In this document: piece by piece, positions 34,214 to 46,679 of the stretch
Numbering within the stretch: position 1 is the stretch's first letter
Layout of the letters: each line of letters starts with the position of its first letter
Origin: an uncultured Gammaproteobacteria bacterium
GTDB taxonomy: Bacteria > Pseudomonadota > Gammaproteobacteria > UBA9214
NCBI GenBank assembly: GCA_963748215.1
Contig: CAVVHS010000007.1
Location: 128,001 to 192,000, forward strand
Direction: 5' to 3'
DNA length: 64,000 nucleotides
Position numbers and translations under genes: made by a program
The notes under the pieces: generated by a model
What the model was told of the DNA's origin: nothing
The model's database searches: none
Seen by the model: the letters and a program-made list of their open reading frames with translations, nothing else

Positions 34214-34887
34214 TGCTGTGTGGTATGTCACTGCGATCAGCTCTTTTCCTGCCGGCCATGGGGCTGCTGCTGTGTGCAGCCGCGCTGGCAGAAGACGCCG
34301 ACTGGCCCGAGTCCGTCACGGCGGCCGATACCGCCCGGGTCAACGAGGGGGCGCTGGTATTTCTTGCGTCTGCCCCGGAGCGCCGGATACTGCAGACGCG
34401 CAATCGCCTGACCATCGGTGCGGACAGCCTGGCCAGCGGCTGGCTCGCGCTCGAACAGTGCCAGGGCAACCTTGACCCCGTCGCCGCGGTAGAAATCGTA
34501 TATCGCTACCACGGTCTGCGCGGTCTGCGCGTGGCTTCGGCAACGGCCATGGATGCGGCGCACGTGGCCGGCAACACCGTGCAGCTGAGCGGTGTGCGGC
34601 CGGGCGGCGAGGTGTGCATCGTGGCCGAGGTGCAGGTGCTGAAGCCGGACGGTGCCGGTGGCTACCGCCTGCAAAGCGGCCCGTTTCACCGACGCTTCCT
34701 GGATGGCTATTACCCGCTCGCACTCGACTACCGGGTCGAGTGGCCGGCTGATCGGCTTGCACTGGTGTCGGTAGCGCCCGAAGCGCAGCCGGGATATGCG
34801 ATACATGCGCGGCCGGGAGTCCTGCACATCGACACCCTGTTCGAAGGCCGGCTGACCATTGAACTGCAATTCGAGTCCCGAAGATAA
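34214..34887 (+). CDS. Hypothetical exported protein
   Basis: Signal peptide ..AALA; GPFHRRFLDGYYP motif; start uncertain. Confidence 0.7.
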
Positions 34888-34904
34888 TCATCACAATCAA
34901 GTCG

Positions 34905-35236
34905 AGCCAAGACGCGAAGACGCAAAGAAAAACAAAACCCGCCACAGGGGCCACCGAGTCACAGAGGCAATAAATCCTGTTAGCTGTGCAGGATGCGGTG
35001 TGCCTGCAAACCGCATCGAATGTATTGCGATGTTGTATGTACTTTCGGCAGGTGTGGGCCTGGATCGCGAACACATCAAGCACCGCGGTTGCCGCCAAGT
35101 GCAGTTAGCGTTAGTGAAACCCGGCTTACGGACTGTTGTTTTTGGCTGGATTCCCGCCTGCGCGAGAATGACATTACTAATCTCTGCTCCCTCGGTGCGC
35201 TCTGTGGCATATTATTCTTTGCGTCTTTGCACGAGA
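34905..35236. repeat. Mosaic cluster of REP-like short repeats
   Basis: caggatgcggtg..aaccgcatcga (also at 43737 and 56655), ggattcccgcctgcgcgagaatgac, and gccacagag / cgcaaag-type units in both orientations. Confidence 0.65.
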
Positions 35237-35260
35237 TATATGTTTCATGCAACTCTGTAA

Positions 35261-36145
35261 TCAGCCACTGCCCGAGCTGGCGATCAGGAACACCCCGAAC
35301 ACCATCAGGGCGCCCGCAGCAAGGTTTTTCGACAGCCCCTGTTCGTGAAACAGCCAGGCGCCGTACAGCATGCCGAACAGCAGGCTGGTGCGCTTGACTG
35401 CGATCATGTAGGCGACCTCGATCTGCCCGATGGCGTAGAAATGTGTCACCACCATGATCGCCATGCAGGCGCCGATGGCGAGGTGCGCCAGCGGATGCCG
35501 GCCCAGTGCGCGCCAGGTGCCGATTTGCCGCGATCCGAACACCAGCGCAGTCACGCCGCCCAGCGCGACGAAATAGAACGGACCGAAAAACCCCGGCGTG
35601 ACATGCGCTAACGCCGCTTTGCCAAGCACCGAGGTCAGGCTGTAGATGGCCGCGGTGATCAGCATCAGGCGCGAGCCCGGCTCGCGTGCGATAGCGTGAA
35701 ACGGTGCGAATATGCGCCAGCCCGTGCTGTCGCGCGCCGCCTGCAGATTCAGCAGCCAGGCACCGCATACCACCAGCAGGATACCGGCGAAGCCGGCCGG
35801 GCTGACCTGTTCGCCGAGCAGCAGGTAGCCGGTCAGCACGTTGAACACCGGGGTGAAGGCCAGGTAGGGCAGGGTAAGCGAGAGGGGCGATTCGCGGATC
35901 GCCCGCATGTACAGCCACATGGCGAGGATTTCCAGCGGCATCAGCACGGCCACCCAGCCCCAGAATGCGGCCGTCAGTGCCGGCCACGGTTGCAGCAGCA
36001 ACAGGGGCAGCAGCAGCACACCGGCCACTCCGAATCGTACCAGCACCAGTTCGCCGGGCCGGTAGTGTGCGAGGAAACGCTTGGACAGCGCATCCGCGGT
36101 CGCGAGGAAAAAAGCGGACAGCAGGGTCAGTCCAAGCCAGTTCAT
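35261..36145 (-). CDS. EamA/DMT family transporter
   Basis: About 10 TM segments; SPLSLTLPYLAFTP, YMIAVKRTS. Confidence 0.9.
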   Translation of the reverse strand: MNWLGLTLLSAFFLATADALSKRFLAHYRPGELVLVRFGVAGVLLLPLLLLQPWPALTAAFWGWVAVLMPLEILAMWLYMRAIRESPLSLTLPYLAFTPVFNVLTGYLLLGEQVSPAGFAGILLVVCGAWLLNLQAARDSTGWRIFAPFHAIAREPGSRLMLITAAIYSLTSVLGKAALAHVTPGFFGPFYFVALGGVTALVFGSRQIGTWRALGRHPLAHLAIGACMAIMVVTHFYAIGQIEVAYMIAVKRTSLLFGMLYGAWLFHEQGLSKNLAAGALMVFGVFLIASSGSG

Positions 36146-36378
36146 GGGGGTGTGAGGTGTGGTTGAATCGGGCCGGGTACCGGGCGCGAACGCCAGTATA
36201 CCGGTTCTCCGCGCGCCGTCAGCAGTGATCGCGCAGACGATAATCGCGCCGTTTTTTATACAATACGGGTATCATCGGAAATACGGGTATTCCTTCCGCA
36301 GCCTGGTTGTCTCCCCCTGGACCTGGAATGTGCCCGCTTACGTCGTCGACCTCGACCGCATACAAGGGTAACTCAGCT

Positions 36379-37092
36379 ATGAAATGCAGTGCAGAACGCC
36401 TGATCGACGCCATGATCGGCGTCGACCTGGCCAAGCAGCGCAAGGCCGAACAGGAACGGGCCACCATCGCCAGAAAGGCCACCTATGTCGTGACGGTGTC
36501 GCGCGGCTACGGCTCGCGTGGCAAGCAGGTGGCACAGGCGCTGGCCGACCGCCTGGGCGTGCGCTGTTGCGACCGCACCATCCTGGAGGAGGTTGCCAAG
36601 CGCGCCGCGGTAGACATCGAGCTGGTCTCGAAACTCGATGAAACCGTCAGGCGTTCCGCCCTGATGCCCTGGAAGGCCGCGTTCACCGGCAAGACACTGG
36701 GCGAGCAGCGCTACCTGGATCACCTGATAAAGGTGGTTCTGAACATCTCGAAAAAGGGCGGTGTCATTGTCGGGCGCGGCGCGCACCTGATTCTCGGGCC
36801 CGAACGCGCCTTTCGTGTCCGTATCGTCGGCAGCCCGGATGCCTGTGCCGCGCGGATTGCCGAGCGGGAACACATTGACCTGGCAGCGGCCAGGGAACGC
36901 GTGCGGACTGTCGACGAGGAGCGAGCCCAGTACCTGGAGAAACTTTACGGTTCAGACATCAAGGACTGCAGCGACTACGACTTCGTCATCAACTCGGACC
37001 GCTTCAGCCTCGAGCAGATGGTCGACATGATACTCGGTGGCATGCGGCAGGCGGGCTACGACATCACTCCGGATATCCTGCAGGCTGGCTGA
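36379..37092 (+). CDS. Cytidylate kinase-like family protein
   Basis: TVSRGYGSRGKQVA, VIVGRGA, D..R..Y, YDFVINS. Confidence 0.88.
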   Translation: MKCSAERLIDAMIGVDLAKQRKAEQERATIARKATYVVTVSRGYGSRGKQVAQALADRLGVRCCDRTILEEVAKRAAVDIELVSKLDETVRRSALMPWKAAFTGKTLGEQRYLDHLIKVVLNISKKGGVIVGRGAHLILGPERAFRVRIVGSPDACAARIAEREHIDLAAARERVRTVDEERAQYLEKLYGSDIKDCSDYDFVINSDRFSLEQMVDMILGGMRQAGYDITPDILQAG

Positions 37093-37248
37093 GCAGTCCT
37101 GGCACGTAATCCCGCCGGGGGGTGCTGGCGCCGCGTGGCCAGGGCCGGATGGATGCAGCGGGTCCGGACTGTCCGTGGCGTGGTATCAACCCGGTTGTTC
37201 GCAAGGGGGCTATGCCCGGCCGGCACTTGCTGCCGGCTGAATACCCGC

Positions 37249-39870
37249 TTATCTGACCAGACTCAGGGAGGGTCTGGTAAACAACAGCTGCTCGATTTCC
37301 GCGGCAGGTCGGGGCGGACTGAATAGATAACCCTGCATTTCATCGCAGCCGTTATCGCACAGAAAGGCGCGCTGTTCATTTGTCTCCACACCCTCGGCAA
37401 TGACAGTCAGATTGAGGGTATGACCGAGGGCGAGGATGGCCTTGATGATGGCCGCATCGTTCCTGTCATGCGGGATATCCTGCACAAATGAACGGTCGAT
37501 TTTCAGCTTGTTCAGCGGGAACCGCTTCAGGTAGCTCATCGATGAGTAGCCGGTGCCGAAGTCATCGATTGCCAGGCGCACACCCAGCTTGCGCAGCTCG
37601 CCCAGTTTCTCGATGGTTGCGACAGCGTTGTGCATGATGCAGCTCTCGGTTATTTCCAGCTCCAGGCAATGCGGCTCGAGCCCGGTATCGGCCAGGATCT
37701 TGCTGACGGTCCGGATCAGGCGGTCATTGATCTGGTGGCCAGAAAGATTTATTGCCATTCGCAACGGGGTTTCCGGCGCATCCTGCCATCTCCTGGCCTG
37801 CGTGCAGGCGGCATGCATGACCCATGCCCCAAGCGACTCGATCAGGCCGGCATCTTCGGCAACCGGGATGAACAGGTCGGGCGGCACCATGCCATGCTGT
37901 GGATGCCGCCAGCGCAGCAGTGCCTCCAGACCCACGATACGACCGGTCTCCAGCGATACCTGTGGCTGATAGTGCAGCAGGAATTCATTTCTCTCCAGTG
38001 CATGGCGCAGGTCAGTCTCCATTGTCAGTCGCTTGTTGGCGGCTGTCGTCATGTCGACGAGGTAGAACCGGTACTTGTTGCCGCCATCAGTCTTGGCGTC
38101 GAACATGGCAACATCTGCATGTTTCATCAGCGAGGTCACGTCGTGCCCGTCCTGGGGATACATGCTGATTCCGATGCTGGCACCCAGGAAGACTTCCCGC
38201 CCGGAAACATGGAATGGCCTGGCCAGAGTGGCCAGCAGCCTTTGCGCAACCTCGGGCACAGAATCCGGGTCGCCCAGGTCCTCGAGGATAATCGTGAATT
38301 CGTCGCCACCCAGGCGTGCGACGGTATCGCCCTCGCGTGCGGTGTGAAGCAGGCGCTGCGCGACCTGCTTCAGCAAGTCATCACCTGCCGGATGGCCGAG
38401 CGAGTCGTTGATTTTCTTGAAGCCGTCCAGGTCCAGGAACAGCAGCGCCAGCTGCCGTTGATTGCGCCGGTGATGCTGCAGGGCATGGGTGAGCCGGTCG
38501 CTGAACAGCAGCCGGTTGGGCAGGTCTGTGAGCGAGTCATGATGCGCCATGTGGTCCAGCTTTTTCCGTGTGGCGTGACGTTCGCTGATGTCCAGAACAA
38601 TGGCGACAAATGCCTGTTCGGCACCCGGCGCGGAAAGCTGCAGATTCACCTCCACGGGGTAACAGGTACCGTCCCTGCGACTGTGTACCGTCTCGAACTG
38701 CACGCGCTGGCTGGATCCGTCCAGCAAGGGCTCGAGCGTTTCCAGGAACGCCTCGCGGGTCACTTCCGGCTTGATGTCCACGGGTGTCAGGTGGTGAAGT
38801 TCCTCCATGGTGTAACCGAGGTTGTTACGCGCACCCTGGTTAACATTCATGAACCTGAGTGAATCCTTGCTGAAGATGTAGATCTCGTTTAGCGATTGTT
38901 CGAGAATTTCGCCCAGGCTGTTCGCCTTTTCCTGGAGATGCCGGCCGAGCAATTGCCGGGCTTGCCGGTGTTCGTTGAAGATCGCTGTCAACAGCAGGGT
39001 GGTAATGGATATGGTGCCCACGAATGACTGCAGCAAGAGCAGCGATTCGTTCATGTCGGCGCGCACGAACGGGCCGGCACCGCCGATGGTGCCCCACAAG
39101 GCACTGGTCGCGACGAGGGCGATACAGGCGGTGGCACCATGCTTGCCAAAGCGCAGTGCGGCCCAGGTGAGCGGGATAAGGGGCAGGAATGCCAGCGGGT
39201 AGTTATTGACCGCGAGCGAAGACTGGCGTCCGAACACGACATGCGCAATCAGCAGTGTGCCGGTTGACAGGCATGCGGCTTCAAGCAGGCGTACAGCGGA
39301 CCAGTCCGGTTGCGGCAGGGTCTTCCAGGTCAGCAGCAGGGGTGTAAGCAGCAGGACACCGCCGGCATCGCCCAGCCACCAGGTGATCCAGATCGCCGCG
39401 AAATCCGGCCTGCTGGCGGGTGCTGTTTCCAGCAGCGTAAGGGTGCCTACCGTCGCACTGAGCATGGTCGCCAGCAGGCCGCCGGCAACGACAAGGACAA
39501 TCAGACCGCGGGTGCTGTCCAGCGGATTCCCGGGTCTGGCCAGTTTCTGCACCAGCAGGGCGCCCGAGACGGCCGCGAGCGTATTGCCCGTCGCGATACC
39601 CAGTGACCCGATCACTGACAGATCGGCCATGACATTGACGGTAAACGCGCCAAGTGTGATGAAAGGCCACAGGCGCAGGCCGAACATCAGCAACGCTGCC
39701 AGGGCGATACCGCTGGGTGGCCATACGGCGGTGACGTTGTTGTGCACGACGGCCAGCTGCAGTCCCAGCTCGGCTGACAACACGTAGAGTAATGTCACGC
39801 CCAGGCCGGCCAGAATCAGTCGCGTCGTTTGCTGGTTGTCGTGCTGCGCGACATACGGGTTGCTGTCCAT
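37249..39870 (-). CDS. MASE1-PAS-GGDEF-EAL diguanylate cyclase/phosphodiesterase
   Basis: VWPPSGIALAAL and WWLGD (MASE1); RxxD..RLGGDEF; EALLRW; DDFGTGYSS. Confidence 0.95.
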   Translation of the reverse strand: MDSNPYVAQHDNQQTTRLILAGLGVTLLYVLSAELGLQLAVVHNNVTAVWPPSGIALAALLMFGLRLWPFITLGAFTVNVMADLSVIGSLGIATGNTLAAVSGALLVQKLARPGNPLDSTRGLIVLVVAGGLLATMLSATVGTLTLLETAPASRPDFAAIWITWWLGDAGGVLLLTPLLLTWKTLPQPDWSAVRLLEAACLSTGTLLIAHVVFGRQSSLAVNNYPLAFLPLIPLTWAALRFGKHGATACIALVATSALWGTIGGAGPFVRADMNESLLLLQSFVGTISITTLLLTAIFNEHRQARQLLGRHLQEKANSLGEILEQSLNEIYIFSKDSLRFMNVNQGARNNLGYTMEELHHLTPVDIKPEVTREAFLETLEPLLDGSSQRVQFETVHSRRDGTCYPVEVNLQLSAPGAEQAFVAIVLDISERHATRKKLDHMAHHDSLTDLPNRLLFSDRLTHALQHHRRNQRQLALLFLDLDGFKKINDSLGHPAGDDLLKQVAQRLLHTAREGDTVARLGGDEFTIILEDLGDPDSVPEVAQRLLATLARPFHVSGREVFLGASIGISMYPQDGHDVTSLMKHADVAMFDAKTDGGNKYRFYLVDMTTAANKRLTMETDLRHALERNEFLLHYQPQVSLETGRIVGLEALLRWRHPQHGMVPPDLFIPVAEDAGLIESLGAWVMHAACTQARRWQDAPETPLRMAINLSGHQINDRLIRTVSKILADTGLEPHCLELEITESCIMHNAVATIEKLGELRKLGVRLAIDDFGTGYSSMSYLKRFPLNKLKIDRSFVQDIPHDRNDAAIIKAILALGHTLNLTVIAEGVETNEQRAFLCDNGCDEMQGYLFSPPRPAAEIEQLLFTRPSLSLVR

Positions 39871-40045
39871 GAAATCCCTTTCTCGAGTGGGTCATTCCGG
39901 GCATCGTCCCGGATACCCGCCATTCCGAGAAGGAGCATCGACCACGGGTTCCGTATCTTGACCCTGTCCAGATGTCTGGCGGGCACGTTAATGCGGAATA
40001 AATTGCTGATTTACGGTAAAATACCGCTTCAACAGGAAGTCCATC

Positions 40046-42229
<2,184 letters not shown>

Positions 42230-42351
42230 CCTGCAAATTGCATCAGCCGGAACAGGCATGGAGGTTGCCTGCATGCAGACGATCAGTATCTTGTTCGTCG
42301 TTTCCGCGTGCCCGACATGACCACCCGGTGATACTGGACTATGCTGCCGTT

Positions 42352-43626
42352 ATGACACAACCGCTTCTGCACATTCGCGGCATGCCCTACGTGCCCGGCA
42401 GCGCTCGCGGCGTGCTGCAACACGGCATGGGTGAGGACAGTGACGGCCGTATCGTTGTGCTAGAAACACTCCTGTCGGGATCATTGCCGCATCCCCCGGC
42501 CGGTATTGTCGTGGTCAATGGCGCGCCGCTGTCACATGCCATGATCCCGCTGCTTGGCAGCGGCGTACCCACGGTTCTGGTCACGCCTGCACAGGCCGCG
42601 GTCCTGCGCGAGGGTGTCGAGGTGTTGCTCGATGGCAGCACCGGCCTGATCATCTCATCCGCCGTGGCCACCACCGGGACCGGTTTGCCGCCGGTGCTTC
42701 CGCCCGCGGTGACATCCGATGGTACCCGGATCACCCTGCGCGTCAGTGCCCGTGACCCGCACGATGTGCAACGTGCCGTTGCCCTCGGCGCCGAGTCAAT
42801 CGGCCTGGTGCGTTCCGAGTTCCTGGTGCCCGCTGATGCCCGGCAGCGCCCGGATGCGGCCTTCTTCCGACAGGCCTTCGCTGCGTTGTGCGCAGCTGCC
42901 GGCGGCCTGCCGGTGACCATCCGCCTGATCGATATCGCGGCTGACAAGCAGCCGGCCTGGCTGCCGGCACAGGCCGGTGTCGGCGGGGCGCTAGGACGTC
43001 AGGGTGTACGCTTGTACACGGACCCGGTCGTGCATGCCATCTATCGGGCGCAACTGGAGGCCATTGACAGCCTTGCGGCTGAGGGTGAGTTGCGCGTGTT
43101 GTTGCCGTACGTGGCTGATCGGGTGGAACTGGAATACTGGTGCCGGGATATCCAGGCACAGCTGTCACGGCCCCTGCCCATCGGCGCCATGGCCGAGACA
43201 CCGGCCGCCGCGCTGGCGCTTGGCGAATGGCTCGAGGTCGCGGACTTCGTGGGACTGGGATGCAATGACCTGATGCAGTGCCTGTTCGGTGCCGACCGCG
43301 ACCGCCCGGAACTGGCGCATTACCTGGATCCCCATGCACCCGCGCTGTACCGTTTCCTGCGGCAGGTTGCCGTCGGGATGCGGGGGCAGGGTGAGCAGGT
43401 ACAGCTGTGCGGGGTATTGCCGCAGCTGCCCGCTATCCTCCCGGTGTTGCTGGGCCTGGGGTTCCGCGTCTTCTCGGTGGAAGCCGCACAGCTGCCCTGG
43501 CTGGTGCGGTCGATTGCGCAGACCGATATCGGGGTGGCGCGGGATCTGGCAGAACAGGTGTGCCGCGCGGACGCGTCATCCGGGGTGCGGGAGTTGCTGG
43601 GGCTGGCTGTATGCCGGGCGTTGTAG
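42352..43626 (+). CDS. PEP-utilizing enzyme, Enzyme I-like (phospho-His domain + TIM barrel)
   Basis: PLSHAMI, IGLVRSEFL, IRLIDIAADK, MAETP, GCNDLMQ, LCG. Confidence 0.8.
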   Translation: MTQPLLHIRGMPYVPGSARGVLQHGMGEDSDGRIVVLETLLSGSLPHPPAGIVVVNGAPLSHAMIPLLGSGVPTVLVTPAQAAVLREGVEVLLDGSTGLIISSAVATTGTGLPPVLPPAVTSDGTRITLRVSARDPHDVQRAVALGAESIGLVRSEFLVPADARQRPDAAFFRQAFAALCAAAGGLPVTIRLIDIAADKQPAWLPAQAGVGGALGRQGVRLYTDPVVHAIYRAQLEAIDSLAAEGELRVLLPYVADRVELEYWCRDIQAQLSRPLPIGAMAETPAAALALGEWLEVADFVGLGCNDLMQCLFGADRDRPELAHYLDPHAPALYRFLRQVAVGMRGQGEQVQLCGVLPQLPAILPVLLGLGFRVFSVEAAQLPWLVRSIAQTDIGVARDLAEQVCRADASSGVRELLGLAVCRAL

Positions 43627-43651
43627 CAGCACAGGCGTTCGCAAATTGCTG

Positions 43652-43980
43652 TCTCGCGCCAACACGCAAGGATGCCAAGGAAAACCCGCTACAGAGGACA
43701 CGGCGCACACAGAGAAAATACAGCCCTGATGACTGTGTAGGATGCGGTGAGCCTGCGAACCGCATCGAACGTATTTCTACGCTGCCAGTTCTGGCTGCAG
43801 GAGCGGACCGTCACCGCGAAAAAATCTCGCGCGGAGGGCGCAAAGACAACATCGCGAATGAGAGAGCCAGATACACAGGAAGTCTGAATGTCATCCCCGC
43901 GCACGATCTATGGGGAGATGGCGAGAACGGGAACCGGTCTCACCTCCTCCCTGCAGTCATGCGCTCCTACACTCAATAGC
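43652..43980. repeat. Mosaic REP-like repeat cluster
   Basis: gtaggatgcggtgagcctgcgaaccgcatc, gcaggagcgg..ccgcga, atgcgctcctac; unit order similar to 34905-35070. Confidence 0.65.
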
Positions 43981-44042
43981 TGCACCGGGGCAGGCGCGGA
44001 CATTGTCCACGAACGTTTCGGAAATAGGGTAATGCATTGAAA

Positions 44043-44092
44043 GGCAGGGGCCGGGGTTTTGCACCGGGTGGTGCCTGTCCCCGGCCCCTGCC
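44043..44092 (-). terminator. Strong hairpin after the Gly/Tyr/Pro repeat gene
   Basis: 14-bp stem ggcaggggccgggg / ccccggcccctgcc; short U-run on the minus strand. Confidence 0.55.
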
Positions 44093-44115
44093 GAATGGAT
44101 CAACCAACGGACGGG

Positions 44116-44730
44116 TTACTCGGTCGGTGCGCCATAGCCGGGGCCTGGGCCGTAGCCTGGGCCGTAGCCGGGTCCGGGGCCGTAGCCGGGGCCTGGGCCG
44201 TAACCCGGTCCGGGGCCGTAACCGGGGCCCGGTCCGTAACCTTCCTCCCGGCCTCCACCCATGCCGAATCCCGAGCCGTCGCCATCACGCGGACCGTAGC
44301 CGCGGTCGCGGCCGTAGTCACGATTGCTGCGGTCGCGGCCGTAATCCCGGTTGCTGCGGTTACCCATGCCGAAACCGGAGCCTGAACCTGAGCCCGTGTC
44401 GCTGTCATTGCCCGGACCTTGGCTATTGCCCGGTCCCGGTCCATACCCGGCCTCGCGCCCGTCGCCTGGCCCGTACTGGCGTTGATAGCGCTGTTCATGG
44501 CGATTCTGGTAGCTCTCGCCATAGCCGCGGTCGCGGCCGTAATCCCGGTTGCTGCGACTGCCCATGCCGAAGCCCGAGCCGCTGCCCTCGCGCGGGCCGT
44601 AGCTGGAGTCGCGATCCTGGCCGCGGCTGGAGCCCATGCCCATGCCACCGGCTTCGGCCGTGGTTATCACCATCGAGCCGGCCAGCGCCATGGCGGCCAG
44701 GATGCTGGAAATCTGGAATGATCGTTTCAA
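44116..44730 (-). CDS. Secreted Gly/Tyr/Pro-rich repeat protein (possibly sulfur-globule-envelope-like)
   Basis: SD aggaga; signal peptide ..AEA; GSGFGMG x3, RDYGRDR x3, (GYGPGP)n tail. Confidence 0.8.
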   Translation of the reverse strand: MKRSFQISSILAAMALAGSMVITTAEAGGMGMGSSRGQDRDSSYGPREGSGSGFGMGSRSNRDYGRDRGYGESYQNRHEQRYQRQYGPGDGREAGYGPGPGNSQGPGNDSDTGSGSGSGFGMGNRSNRDYGRDRSNRDYGRDRGYGPRDGDGSGFGMGGGREEGYGPGPGYGPGPGYGPGPGYGPGPGYGPGYGPGPGYGAPTE

Positions 44731-45035
44731 GTTGTATTCTCCTTCTGAACTGTTAGGGTTTTGTTTGGCGCGGCTATATCGCGCGCTTCACGCACTTCCG
44801 GTGCGCGCTGTTCATAATGCGCCACAATTCCGCCATTGCCAAATGGTCCCGGTCAAGCGCCGTGGTGTTCCCGGGGCCGCCGGTGTTCGCGCGCCGCGAC
44901 TTCTGTCCTCGCAGGGTGCTGATTCCAGTCGGAAACATCGCTGCCGATACTTTGCAAACAGTGCGCCGTGGTTATATCGTTCACGGCCTCGCAAGCCGGG
45001 AATACAACCGGCGTTCAACCGGGAAAATACGAACC

Positions 45036-46406
45036 ATGCAGTATGAAACCATTGATGCCGTGATCACTCCGCAAGGCAGTCTCGACGTGCTGTCGCGGGC
45101 CGAGGTCGCCAAGCTTCTCGATACCACCAAGGGCGGTCTGTACAGCACACTGCGCAACTGTGCGCTGGCGGTGCTGAACGTGGGCAGCATGCTGGACGAC
45201 GGCAAGGAATTGCTGGAGCGCTACAAGTCCTTCGACATCCAGATCATCCCGGAAGAGCGCGGTATCAAGCTCAAGGTCACCGGCGCGCCGGCCAGTGCCT
45301 TCGTCGACGGCGTCATGATCAAGGGCATCAGCGAGCACCTGCTGGCGGTGCTGCGCGACGTGGTGTACGTCAGCGACAAGATCGCCACCAATCCGAAGTT
45401 CGACCTGGTGTCCTCGGAAGGTATCACCAACGCCGTGTTCCACATGCTGCGCAACGCCAACATCCTGCGCCCGCTGACCAACCCGCGCCTGGTGGTGTGC
45501 TGGGGCGGCCACTCGATCAGCCGCGAGGAATACGATTACACCAAGGAAGTCGGCTACGCGCTCGGGCTGCGCGGCCTCGACACCTGCACGGGCTGCGGCC
45601 CGGGTGCAATGAAAGGCCCGATGAAGGGCGCGACCATCGGTCACGCCAAGCAGCGTATCCGCGACGGCCAGTACCTCGGTATCACCGAACCCGGCATCAT
45701 CGCTGCCGAATCGCCCAACCCGATCGTCAATGACCTGGTGATCCTGCCGGATATCGAGAAGCGCCTGGAGGCGTTCGTGCGCACCGGCCACGGTATCGTG
45801 GTGTTTCCCGGCGGCGTGGGCACCGCCGAGGAAATTCTCTACGTGCTCGGTATCCTGCTGCACCCGGATAACGCGAAGTTGCCGTTCCCGCTCATCTTCA
45901 CCGGTCCGGCCGGGTCCGCCGACTACTTCCGCGAGATCGATGCCTTCATCGGCGCCACCCTTGGACCCGATGCGCAGCGCCGCTATTCGATCATTGTCGA
46001 TGACCCGGAACGCGTGGCACACGATATGAAACGTGGTATCTCGGAGGTGCGCGAGTACCGCAAACACCGCGACGATGCCTATTATTTCAACTGGTCGCTG
46101 AAGATCGAGCTGGAATTCCAGCGGCCGTTCGTACCAACCCATGAAAACATGAGCAACCTGCAGCTGCACCGGGACCAGCCACGTCACACCCTGGCGGCCA
46201 ACCTGCGGCGCGCGTTCTCCGGTATCGTCGCCGGCAATGTCAAGAACGATGGTATCCGTGCCATCGAGAAATACGGCCATTTCGAGATCCGCGGCGACGC
46301 CACCGTCCTGGGCCCGCTGGATTCGTTGCTAAAGTCTTTCGTCGCGCAGCAGCGCATGAAACTGCCGGGCACGGAATACGTGCCCTGCTACCGTATCGTG
46401 AAGTAG
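45036..46406 (+). CDS. ppnN: Nucleotide 5'-monophosphate nucleosidase (YgdH/LOG family)
   Basis: VVCWGGHSI, GCGPGAMKGPMKGA, PGGVGTAEE. Confidence 0.93.
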   Translation: MQYETIDAVITPQGSLDVLSRAEVAKLLDTTKGGLYSTLRNCALAVLNVGSMLDDGKELLERYKSFDIQIIPEERGIKLKVTGAPASAFVDGVMIKGISEHLLAVLRDVVYVSDKIATNPKFDLVSSEGITNAVFHMLRNANILRPLTNPRLVVCWGGHSISREEYDYTKEVGYALGLRGLDTCTGCGPGAMKGPMKGATIGHAKQRIRDGQYLGITEPGIIAAESPNPIVNDLVILPDIEKRLEAFVRTGHGIVVFPGGVGTAEEILYVLGILLHPDNAKLPFPLIFTGPAGSADYFREIDAFIGATLGPDAQRRYSIIVDDPERVAHDMKRGISEVREYRKHRDDAYYFNWSLKIELEFQRPFVPTHENMSNLQLHRDQPRHTLAANLRRAFSGIVAGNVKNDGIRAIEKYGHFEIRGDATVLGPLDSLLKSFVAQQRMKLPGTEYVPCYRIVK

Positions 46407-46679
46407 GGTGCGTTCTACGCACCGCTAATGATGCACAAATTACATCCTGCAACTGAATCAGAAAATGTGAAACGTGAGACGTGAGACGTGAAAAGTAGAA
46501 TAGCCACGGAAGCACACGGAAGGACACGGAAAATTGATTATTACCGAGTGCGTTCTACGCACCAATAAGGGTGCACAAATTGCAACCTGCAACAGCAACG
46601 GTACACAAAAGGGACCCGATTACCTTTACATGCAGGGTATATTCTACACACGGGTAATGGTGCACGGAGTGCACCCTAC
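46403..46679. repeat. GTAG-type REP/REPIN cluster with GTGAGAC and CACGGAA units
   Basis: gtagggtgcgttctacgcacc ... ggtgcacggagtgcaccctac; includes the stop codons of both flanking genes. Confidence 0.8.
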
